A stretch of 62,908 nucleotides of DNA, the filler included, from Circinaria calcarea (taxonomy: Eukaryota), in NCBI GenBank assembly GCA_051942165.1. It is 3 parts of 3 records of this genome, joined end to end, with 100 filler letters (N's around TTAATTAATTAA, not from the genome) between each part and the next. Parts side by side here need not be neighbours in the genome. Positions count along the whole stretch, not along the records: positions 1 to 20,925 come from JAVECS010000157.1; 2 more parts are not named here. One strand, written 5' to 3'. The notes beneath the pieces were generated by a model. It saw only the letters and a program-made list of their open reading frames with translations. It ran no database searches and had not been told where the DNA came from. This document shows positions 1 to 10,867 of the stretch, in pieces. The translations under genes were made by a program, and so were the position numbers. Position 1 is the first letter of the stretch. Each line of letters begins with the position of its first letter.

Positions 1-1454
1 CTTGATGCACGAGGTAGTAGAGGTGGTAGATGAGTTGCAGGTAGGGATAGAGCCGATTTGTGCCAAAAGTATAAGTTTATTGTGATAGCTTATCTGAAGA
101 AATACTCAGCCCAAACAGCTCGATCCAATGTGTGACCAGCAGATGCCTTTCCCTTACCTCCCTATAATAAGACAGAGCTAACAACCTTATTGTATTTGAT
201 TTGCGGTCAAAGAAGTAAACGTTTGGCTAGTAGCCCTCCCCAGGTAAAATTACCTATCAAAACTCGTAGAGTGGAAATGACCAGAGGACTCCATTCCGGA
301 TCCCTGTGCTCTCTCTTGATCGAAATGGTTGGCTAGGAATTCGGCCGCTTTGATTTGTACCACCCATCGCGATATCCCTTATATTAATAATCCCTTGAGT
401 ATATTATCCCCTCTAGCTGAGTCCTGGTCTAACCATCTCATCATACGTGGTGGTCACTGTGCACCCTACCCTGTCGTCTCTTAGAAAATCACCTAAGTTA
501 ATCGACCATGCCTTCTCCGCAAGCGTCTGTTCTCCTTGTCTACCTTCCTTAGCATTAAGTAACGATCTTAGTAGGAGGAGAATGCTCACATAGGTGTCTT
601 CCCAAGTAGATACAAGTATCTGGTACTGCCTCAAACCTCTCACTTCCGACTATTTTGGTTTTATATTCTCAAAAGTAGCATTAATCCACACCCTCGTATG
701 CTCCAGAAAGTTAACTAGTAAAAGTACAGGGGGACACGCTGATTACCAATCCCACCAGGGGAACAGTAGGTTATCTCTTTCCTATTCTCATGTATAAAAC
801 ACACATGATTCATTTTGCCAAAAGCCGGTAGATAGGCATCTGGGACTAGAGCTACCAACGTGGTAGTCTCAGATGAGCCGAGAGTCTACTAGAATATATA
901 CACAAATTGCGACAGTCGGGGGGCGGAAAGATTGGACGGGACGACTAGTGATTGATCTATGAACCGTTAGCAATAGAGCTAACGGCTGAAGGTTGTCCTC
1001 CCCAAAGCAGGCCTTCCTGCATCACGCGACTTTCGCCCATGTTTGAGTAAACTTTTTACTTACCAAGGCTTCCGTTTGAAAATCAACAACAGGGGGTTGC
1101 TCATTTCGTGTTGGGGAGGAACCACCTCTGCGGGTGTAAGCTGTGCAGCCGTTATACTAACGAGATCCGAGTTGAAGCTCCCCCAATTTGGCCTCTAAAG
1201 GCTTGGTTAGAGCTGCAAGCTCTGCTGCTGTCATTTGAAATAAATTGGACGGTGGGTCCATTCGGTCGTTTGGGGACCTGCCGCTATACAGTCGGGGTAT
1301 ATCTCAAAGTAAGTATAAGCAGCCCACCTTCTTGCACGATAGCGTTTCAGCGGAGCCAATGTCATAATATAAGAAGTAAATAGGGAACTCATCTCGAAGC
1401 AGTCCTAAATTGAAGAGACAAAAGCTTCCAAAATCTGAGATTATCTCACATCTG

Positions 1455-2110
1455 AAGATGTGGCAATTTTGCCCGGCGCCTTCCCCAACGGAAACCCGAT
1501 CCACAGGCTACCTAACGGCCAAAGGGCTAGGAGATGCCTTCTCAACCTCTTTTTTCCTTGCATATTTTCTCACCTAGTCCATCTCAATGTAGGTGGGCCT
1601 ATTTCCTCACCTAGTCCATTTCGATATACATCGGTAACCCCCCCTGGGAGATCTTGTGGCTTCGCTTTGAAGTCGGTCAGCCAGTGTATGATAATACACC
1701 CTCACGTCACGACCCTCCTTGCCAAATCTCGATTTTGTTAAGTTAGTCCATAAAATGGACGCCGACAGTCCACATCTATCATCGTCCGAGCATAAATCTG
1801 GGGAGAGGACGACCTCTCTTCTCATTCTCTTCCCCGCTACTCTTTCCCAACTCAATACCCAATACCCGAAGCCAACTTTCGGTATAAAAATTCTGTAAAT
1901 CCATCTGTTGGGTTAGATCATATATAGACAGTAGGAGTGCTTCAGATCGGAATATGTATATTCGTTTACTACTCTGTAGCCTTCACATCTAATAATGTAG
2001 CAATTTTGCCCCGGTGCCCTTCCCCGACACATCCCAACCCATCTAAAGGCCAGAAGGGCCGGAGGATACCCTCGCAATCCTTTTCACTTGCCTAATCCAT
2101 TTCTATTAAC
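1455..2110 (-). repeat. Degenerate tandem copies of the last exon and 3' flank of the membrane protein gene
   Basis: 1611-1710 aligns to 2422-2520. 1571-1596 (PTYIEMD*) and ~2087-2103 (EMD*) are further partial copies. ~1458-1560 resembles ~1995-2090. Confidence 0.8.
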
Positions 2111-2421
2111 TAGGTTCGCCGCAACTAAACCAATTCGAGAAGGCGATCATTAAAAATGCTGCCAGGTGAGTGCCTCCTTGTTTATTTCCCTTTGCTGACC
2201 CACGCGCCGCGCATCTGGCAAACCTACTATCTTACATTTTAGCAAAACGGCATTGAAGGTAAAAGTCGCACGGTTTATGCAGGAGGAAAACGTCACATTG
2301 TAATAAAATACTTTATTTTACTACCTAAGTAGTCATCACATTTAAAATGTGGAATTTTCAACAGCACCCCACCCCCACTAAAACACCAGCCTTCCCAATT
2401 TTCCCCTACCCAATTTACCCC

Positions 2422-3405
2422 CTAGTCCATTTCAATGTAGACAGGGACCCCCCCGGGGAGATCCTGTGGTTTCGCCTTGAAATCTGTAAGCCAGTGGATG
2501 ATGATACATCCCCATGTCACTACATTCAGTTAGTACTCCATATAAGAGCTGGAGGGGGTAGGACAGTACATACAGTCGATGGTACAGATGGTGAAGCAGA
2601 GCCAGCCCTGCTCATGCCCGTGCAGCTTGAAGAGGACGACGAGATTGGCCAGGGTAGGCATGATAACGGCGAGGCACCCCATCAGAGATTTTACCACGAA
2701 AAGCTCTAAAACCTGATCCTCAGTTCGCAAGCGGACCGCCGACTTGATGCAAGGCACTGGCAGAGCACGACGGATGATACCCCGGCTCCTACCTCCTCTG
2801 ATGGTGTGACGTGCGAAGAAAATGAAGACGGAGGTCACCGCGATATTGATTAGGATGTCATAGCTCAAAAGCGGAATCGTAACAATAAGCGGTAGACCGA
2901 TACGGCACTTGCCGTCAACCTTGGAGATTTCTGCGACCGGCCGCCAGAATGCAATCCCAGCAATGGTACCGAAACCCAAGAATATGATGACGTTTCCAGC
3001 AATGAAGACCAAGTTTTTAGAGCGCTTTCTCGTACCAATCTGGTGGGCACGTTCGACAAGATAGAGGTACATGAACACTTTTTCGCCCACATAAAAGACC
3101 AGACACAGGATGATTGCGCCGTGACAGAAAGACCATGAGGACAGATGAGTGGAGGTGAAGAGTATTCCAGCTGCTATGATGAAGAAAATGGAGCATAAAT
3201 AGACAGCTGTTGTTAAGAGACGAATGAGGTTAAAGTCAGAGAGTTTCTTAATCATTCGCATTCTCAGCGCTATTGTATGTTAAATGTGCCAGTACTACTT
3301 GATAAGAAGGGACTCACTGAACATGGCAGCTACTGTTAAGAGACTGAGTATAGCGACAGTGGCGTAGATGACAATGCCATAAATGGGAGCTCCAGAGATG
3401 GCCAT
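2422..3405 (-). CDS. Multi-pass (~7 TM) fungal membrane protein, GPCR-like topology, 3 exons
   Basis: ATG at 3405 (MAISGAPIYGIVIYATVAILSLLTVAAMF), GTGAGT donor. Exon 2 (~3270-2576) has several hydrophobic helices and HEQGWLCFTICTID. Exon 3 (2519-2422) reads TWGCIIIHWLTDFKAKPQDLPGGVPVYIEMD*, with a CTAAC branch point and TAG acceptor. Confidence 0.8.
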
Positions 3406-3408
3406 GTT

Positions 3409-3643
3409 GGATATCTGTATGAATCCGATCTCCAAGTACCTAGATTGATGTGGTAGGGTTGTAGTGTCCTGCGTTGAAGATTTGTGACGAGCTTCGTGAC
3501 TGTAAATCTGTGTTGTAAGGATCAAAGCGAGGGCGTTGTTGGATGTCTGTATGAAATCCGGTCTCCAATTACCTACAGTGATGTGGTATGGTTGTGCTGT
3601 CCTGCGTTGAAGATTTGTGACGAGCTCCGTGACTGTAGATGTG
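3409..3643. repeat. Two-copy ~132-bp tandem duplication directly upstream of the membrane protein start codon
   Basis: GGAT(A/G)TCTGTATGAA...GTCCTGCGTTGAAGATTTGTGACGAGCT(T/C)CGTGACTGTA at 3409-3510 and 3541-3643. Confidence 0.85.
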
Positions 3644-4771
3644 TATTGTAAGAAAGAAAACGAAGGCGTTGACATCTGCGTCCATGAGCCAAAAGTGTTG
3701 GTGCGTGGTTTCGGACGCTAATTGGCGAAACAGTAAAGTGGAAAGTAACCCGGGCATTCTGATGTCTAATACGCGAGAATAAGTGATCTCCTTATTGCCA
3801 TTCGACCACATAACCTAGCGGGAACAGTATCAAGCTGCCCCTACACCTATCGGTTGAGTTCAAGAGCTACGGTCACCCCAAGAAGGATTCCGCCAGCTCA
3901 GCATCCAAAGGCTCGCCTGTTGGATTTGCAAACCGGAAAGGGTCATCTTACTGCCCAAGTTCCAAGAATCAAAAGACCCCAACCATTACGAAGGCAGAGT
4001 AGCAAGGAGAGCAGAAGGAAGTATAACAGTGGGCGAGCCATAATCGGGGGTCAAAGAGCGAAGAAGAGTTAGAACTTGTCTATATATAAGAGACAGATGA
4101 AAGAAGAAGTAGCTAATGAAGGGGACTTACAAAGGTAATGGGATCACGCTCAGAGGGGGAGAATGGAGTCTCTGGGCTATTTGGGAAGACCAACAGCAAG
4201 CTACGGAGTAGACATTCCTCAACAAGACAAGTTCTTCAGGGCGGAGAGCACCTGGCTCTAAGGAACACGGCAAAATAGGAGGATGCTGCAAAGACTTGTC
4301 TGTTTAAGAAGTCACATACAAGGTTGAAACCAAAGCATCGTTGGTGGCAAGCCAAAGGTGCTCTTGCTCTAGAAGAATGTATTACACGCTAGGTTCAGAA
4401 TTGGGATACAGAAAGCATAGTTATCAAGGAAAGCAGTCTGGTCGGATCATATCAATCGACACAACCGCGGATAGGCTCACGGTTAGATGTTGGCAGATAA
4501 CTGTAGAAGAATGAGAAGAGGTCCTAGTGGATTAGCTTCACGGATGACGCCGTGAATGCTTGCTATTCATCATCATGGTCATACCAATTATCACCAAAAA
4601 CTGAAAATCAAATTCACTTGCTGCCATTCAGTGGAAAGACCAAGTATGAATGACCTGATGTCGGGGAATTGCTGTTAGTCAGCGGCGTGTGGCGCTTAGC
4701 TTTCCCCCAGAACCATACCCGGGTCACAGCTCGAATCCAAGAGTGTCACAACCAAACCTCCCACCGTCACT

Positions 4772-5952
4772 ATGCCTAAAGCCGAAGTAGGTTCTACCAA
4801 GTACCTTAACAATAAACTCAAATCAAAGGGACTTCAGCGATTAAGGTGGTAGTAAGTAACGAGAGCGTCAACCCTTGAGGCGCTATTCGAATGCTAACGT
4901 CTCCAGCTGCCAGGTAAACGTTCCCTTCGAGCCATCCAAAAGTGTTGCGCAAACAGCTTCAATATACACTCTTAGATCACTCAATCCAGCGACCTTTTCG
5001 ATATACTAACTGACATATTATTCGGATCTAGGCCTGCGAGAAACAAACCCGCGACGAGAATGGCTTCAAATGCCACACCCAATCCGAATCCCACGTCCGG
5101 CAGATGCTCCTCATCGGTGAAGACGCCCGAAAACACATCTCCGATTACTCCGGCCAATTTCAGCGCGACTTTCTCCAGCTCCTCCGAACCTCGCACGGCG
5201 AGAAGAAAATCAACATCAACCACTTTTACCAGGAGTATATCGCCAACAAGGAACATGTGCATATGAACGCCACCCGATGGCCGAGTCTGACGGAATTTGC
5301 AAAGTTTCTGGGGAGGGAGGGGATCTGTAGAGTGGAAGAGGGTGATAAAGGCCTTGAGGTTGCGTGGATCGATAATAGTCCGGAGGCGTTGAGGAGGCAA
5401 GATGCGATTCGAAAAAAAGAAAGGCAGGATAGAGGAGACGAGGAGCGCGAGCAGAAGTTGATCAGAGAACAGATTGAGAAGGCGAGAAGGGACGCCGAGG
5501 AGAAAGGGGAGAATGAGATCGGGGAAGAGGAAGGACTACTACAGCGGGAGGAAGGCGAGAAAATCAAACTGAGTTTCGTCTCCAAGGTCGGAACTGTGAA
5601 GCAACCATCACCACCCATACAGCCAGCCGCTGTAAAACTGGATGACTACACTACAACGAAGGCTCCCAAAGACGAAGTCGATATAAAAATAACTGCATCG
5701 CCGGCATCAGAACCGGTTCCTCAGCCTGAGAAGGTATCCCTCAAAATGTCTACGGCCACCAAGCCCAGAAACATCTTCGCTGCCGCATCCAAGAAGAACG
5801 CGCTGGGTGGAGTGAAGGGGCTGCCTAAGGAGATCCCCAAGAAGCCAATGAGCGAAGCGGAGAGGATCATGAAGGAGGAGATTGAGCGGAAGAGGACGCG
5901 CGGAGCAAATGGGTTTTCTGGCATCAGTGCTAAGCGGCAGAAGATCTCATAG
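4772..5952 (+). CDS. RTS2: KIN17/Rts2 zinc-finger DNA/RNA-binding protein, 3 exons including a 7-nt microexon
   Basis: MPKAEVGSTKYLNNKLKSKGLQRLRW-YCQ-ACEKQTRDENGFKCHTQSESHVRQM and HVHMNATRWPSLTEFAKFLGREG are KIN17 hallmarks. Exons 4772-4851, 4907-4913, 5032-5952. Confidence 0.95.
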
Positions 5953-6184
5953 TATTAGACTTCACATATGGGCCAATGGTACGGCAAGGATCTATAGGAT
6001 ATCTACGGCTGGGACTTGGAGGATAACACCTGGCTTTGGGAGAGGAGTTCACGGAGTGCATTGGCTATGGCGTTGCAAGGAGCGAATCTATGCTATTTTA
6101 GATACCCTTGGGTTGGTATGGCCTATCAAATACAACGAATTCACACCGGTTCTAAAACTCTATCGTGCAGTCCATTTTTAGCGT

Positions 6185-7125
6185 CTATGCAACCACTTTC
6201 TCTTTGAGCTCGATTCCGTATTCCCTCAGTTCCGCTTTCAAAGAATTATTGACTTTAGCGTCAGTGGCGCGAGAATTCCCTTTTCTAAGATTGTGCCGTC
6301 CAGAACTGCAGTCGCACACGAAATACCGATCAGCTTTGCCATGTTGGAGTAACCATTTGGACCGCCGTAGCCGCACAGGTTAGACGTCCTTGTCTCTGTA
6401 CTTCCGTCCTTGCTCTTGATCTCGAACTGTTCAAAGTGGAATGTGATGAGTATCTGGTGGGTGCTAAGAGGCTGTGCAACTTACCTTGAGTTGGAGCATT
6501 ACCATATCTCGCTCGCCTGGGTCATACTGCATTTGCTGCTCGAGTGTGGCGCATAGCGTGTCAAAAGCACTGCCTCGTAGGGTTATCTTCTCATCGGAGA
6601 AGAGCCCAATCCATCGGAGTCCTGCTAGATTCCCCTTCTTCTCGCAGCCAACGCACATGGAGGAGCCTTTCTTACTGATCGATGCCGGGATCTAAGCCCA
6701 TCTCGTTTATAGCAGCAATGCCTGCCTCCTTAACCTCCTTCAAGTTCGTGTATGGCGGGGAAAACAAAACTAGTCGTGGCAACTTTCTTCTTTTCGCGGA
6801 TCGCCGACTCGATGCCTGTAACATGATAGGTATACGGAATCAGGCTGACCGCCACATCGAGGTTTTTCGCCTCCGGATCTAGTGCGTCTGCATTTGTGAC
6901 GTCGAGGGTAATTGGGGAGACATGCCTCATCCCTCGAGCAAGCTCCTTTGCGCTCTGTAAGGTTCTGCAAGCTTAAGGCCCTTGGGAACTCTCTCTTTTC
7001 TTGAGTTCAACGCGCAACAGATTGGTTTTGACCTGAATGCCGGCATCATTGAGGATCTCGACTGTAGGTTTCGTGACGAATTCCGCGCGGAGCAAAAGGA
7101 CGTTCCCATGAGCATCTGGACAGGG
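6185..7125 (-). pseudogene. LYS9: Saccharopine dehydrogenase (NADP+, L-glutamate-forming) pseudogene
   Basis: Ordered fragments: VLLLRAEFVTKPTVEILNDAGIQV; ACRTLQSAKELA; LDVAVSLIPYTYH; EAGIAAINEMGLDPGID; LRWIGLFSDEKITLRGSAFDTLCATLEQQMQYDPGERDMVMLQ; ELREYGIELKEK. Frameshift near 6735, mutated Rossmann glycines and a large internal deletion. Confidence 0.88.
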
Positions 7126-7499
7126 TTAACCATCGAAGAGCTTACTATTCGCCCTTTAGCCTTCGTGATATACGTGGCTAAAGCTTGAATGATTGTTCAG
7201 AATTCTGGTATTATTCTCGTTGCCTCGTTACGGTAGACTCATGAGCAACCTGAGGGACTCGATGACGGTTAAATATCAGATATCGGTCAGCCAATGGCAT
7301 ACTCCGAGTACCTGGATCCTCGGCTGCGCTTGTATAACCCCTACTTCGGGTCCGGTACCATAGCCTTGTAGCCGCGTCAAAAAGACACGAAATCAACTTC
7401 TGAAAAGGAAACAGAAACGTAATCAATGTCATAATCCGAGCTTTTAGGTCTTCTTGCCTTTCTCGTCGGAACTTCAGTCCATTGTGGCCACTATTCAGC

Positions 7500-8829
7500 A
7501 TGTTGGACAGTTTCTGGGCGGCGCCGCCGGTGACAAGGTGTGTTTGTCTGTCATACCAGCTTTTTCCCCCTCCTTGCTGTCAGATGTATGATGCTAACGG
7601 ACCAGAAGAACTCTGGTAGCGTTGATGTTGATAGAATCGTGTGCCGTTTACAGCAAACTCTTGAATTGGGAGCGCATCCTATTACACTGGCCGTTCGTCT
7701 TCAAACTTCCACCCGAGATATGGCGGCCTTTTACATCCTTCCTACTATCCGCTCCCAGACTTGGTATCATCTTCGACCCTTACATGAGTAAGTTGAGGTA
7801 TGTCACTGTAACATGAACTTGGCTTACGCAACTTCAGTCTGGCAGTATGGATGTGCTTTGGAGTCTGAATCACCACACTTCTCCGGTCGAGGAAATTTCT
7901 TCACGTATATCATGTTCATAGGGGCATGCATATTGGTAAATACAACATTCATCATTCTCCTACTGGCTTGTGATTACGCATGCCGGATGATGCCGCAAAT
8001 CTTGTAAAAGCCTCAGTCCCGTTTTGACCCTAGCTACCCATACCACACCTCGCATTATCTGCCCGCGCAGCCAAGCACTAGCTGTAGCGGTTCCTGGAAA
8101 CGAGGGAGATTGCCCTCTTACCTCACTCAAGTCCATCATTCGCAATCAATCCAAAGGGCTTGAGTGCGATATGAGCATGGTGGGAAAGTCATTTGAGAAA
8201 GCCTGCGTTATCTACTTCGGAATTTACGTTAGGTGGTTTTGGCTCCCTACATACCTACGTTCATTGAGTTTCCCGCTTCCTTCTTCCATCTACGCTCCGT
8301 GTATAGATGATGGAAATGGAATGCTAATGGAATCTTAGCTTTTGGGCAACGGGTTGCTTAAAGCTAGATTCTTCAGTTCAGGTGCGTCTTATTATATTGC
8401 ATCAGTGGACGAACTCATTCTGATGAAACAGCTCTGATACTTGCGATAATCTACACCTATGCGCAGCATAATCGAGGCAAGAAGATTAAATTCTTTGTCA
8501 TTACGATGGATGTAAAATGGGCACCTTATGCGGTTCTCTTCCTCGACTTTGTCATGAATGGACCCAGCGGAACACCGTTAATGGCGACTGGCATTCCCGC
8601 TGCGCACCTGCATGAATTCCTCACCCGCTACTGGCCGGAGTTTGGGGGTGGCAGGAACCTTCTGCCCACCCCCTCGTTTGTGGCGCGATGGTTTGGGGAG
8701 GATACTCCAGCAGCTCGTGTTCAAGTTAGAGGGCATAGCACTGTATTTAGGCCCCCGCCTCAGCAGACGAGCAGCTTTTCCACAGGCTGGGGCAGCAGAG
8801 GTTCAGGAAGAAGACTGGGAGGGGATTGA
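7500..8829 (+). CDS. Derlin (Der1-like family, Dfm1-type with C-terminal SHP box), multi-exon
   Basis: MLDSFWAAPPVTRTL, PPEIWRPFTSFL, GIPAAHLHEFLTRYWPEFGGGRNLLPTP, and C-terminal WGSRGSGRRLG (Cdc48-binding SHP-like motif). Confidence 0.9.
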
Positions 8830-9153
8830 TGGAAACGGTGGGATTTTGTAAACATAGAACGCCTGTACTGTTTTGCCTTACAACGGAATAACTCTGGGAT
8901 GAAATGAAAATACCACCTACATTCAAGTGAACCAGTCTTTTCGCTCAGTGTGACTGCATGGGTCAACATCTATAAGCATTTAACATCAGGGACATCTGCA
9001 CGCTAGCTACTAGCGCGAAATTCGCTAGTTCTGAAGAAGAAAGCTCCAAACGCACATAAAAATTTCAGTACTCGCATTCTGTGAAGCTGAGAACGGCAAG
9101 AGTACATTCCTTAAAATTCACAGCTGGTAGCTCCTTCCTTAAGTTCGCTCGTC

Positions 9154-10867
9154 ATGGCTATGGTTCTTGTCAACGATGAAGCCGACTACAGCATTAAGCC
9201 GGAAGCTGCGACGCCAGCTCTCAACACTAGCGATTGGCCCCTCCTGCTGAAGGGCTATGACAAACGTAACTTCAATTAATGGTCTCGACTTCCGTACGTT
9301 GTATGCTGACGATAACCAGTCCTCGTTCGTACCGGACATTTCACTCCTATTCCGTGTGGCTGCACTCCGTTGAAGCGCGACCTGAAATCCTATATCAGCT
9401 CTGGCGTCATAAACCTTGATAAACCCTCAAACCCGTCTAGTCATGAAGTGGTGGCATGGGTCAAACGAATGCTCAGGTACGGCTTAGGCAAACTATACCC
9501 GTCAGTGTGATACAACTGAATTCTAGCCAGGATTGAAAAGACGGGCCATAGTGGAACCCTCGATCCCAAAGTTACAGGATGTCTAATTGTCTGTCTCGAC
9601 CGTGCCACACGCCTCGTCAAGTCTCAACAGGGGGCTGGGAAAGAGTATGTGTGTGTCATACGATTGCACGACAAGCTCCCTGGAGGGGAAGCTCAACTAG
9701 CCAGAGCCTTAGAGACCTTAACGGGTGCATTGTTTCAACGGCCACCACTCATCTCTGCTGTCAAGAGGCAACTGCGTATACGAACTATCCACGAGAGCAA
9801 GCTGTACGAGTTCGATAACGACCGGCATCTAGGTGTTTTCTGGGTCAGCTGTGAAGCTGGAACGTATATTCGAACATTATGTGTTCATCTGGGGCTATTG
9901 CTAGGGGTGGGTGCGCATATGCAGGAGCTGAGGAGAGTAAGGAGTGGTGCTATGGATGAGCAGGATGGGATGGTAACGCTACATGATGTGCTAGATGCGC
10001 AGTGGATGCAGGACAATACCCGGGACGAGTCTTATCTACGAAAAGTCATACGGCCGCTAGAGAGCTTGCTCACCACTTACAAACGGATAGTGGTGAAGGA
10101 TAGTGCGGTGAATGCAGTCTGTTACGGTGCAAAGTTGATGATTCCTGGTTTATTACGATATGGTACGTTACTTTAGTCCACTACAAGGTCCCGCTCGGTA
10201 AAGCTGATTGGATTGCAGAATCCGGAATCGAAGTCCATGAAGAAGTTGTACTTATGACTACGAAAGGAGAAGCCATCGCCCTTGGTATTGCACAGATGTC
10301 AACTGTCGAACTATCTACCTGCGATCACGGTGTCGTCGCGAAAGTCAAACGCTGCATCATGGAGCGAGATCTTTATCCGCGAAGATGGGGTCTGGGCCCT
10401 GTTGCTTTGGAAAAGAAGAAAATGAAGTCAGATGGGAAACTCGATGTAAGTGTTCATAGTACCACTTCCAGCTACTGGTGCGAGACAATTGGACCATGCT
10501 CAACGTCTTCTATTAGAAATACGGTCGACCAAATGAAGCTACCCCGGCCAAATGGAACAAGGACTACACTGATTTCAATGCTCCTCTTGAAAACGGCACA
10601 GCTATTTCTTCATCAGCGGCGAAATCCGAAAGGAAAGATAATACCTCCATGGTTGATCTTCCGGCCGTTGAAAGCGCGGAACCCAAAACAGTAGCAGCGG
10701 TTGAAGATACCGCAGCAGCGACGGAGAATGGAGATACGAAGAAGCGAAAACGGCCCGAGGACGAGACACCAGAGCAGAAAGCAGAGAGGAAACGGAAAAA
10801 GAAGGAAAAGAAAGAAAAGAAGGAGAAAAGGAAGTCAAAAGGAAAGGAAGAGGAAGAGAGCGATTGA
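9154..10867 (+). CDS. CBF5: H/ACA snoRNP pseudouridine synthase Cbf5/dyskerin
   Basis: [54 protein letters not shown], a PUA domain and a KKEKKEKK tail. Confidence 0.98.

Noticed and set aside
4981..5924. Antisense/alternate-frame ORFs over KIN17 (similarly over Pra1, the C2H2 TF, VFA1, ARG4)
   Set aside because: Shadow ORFs of real genes on the opposite strand, with no independent motifs.
7500..10867. Derlin-Cbf5 fusion gene
   Set aside because: Derlin has its own stop (8829) after the SHP box and CBF5 has its own ATG (9154). They are adjacent separate genes.
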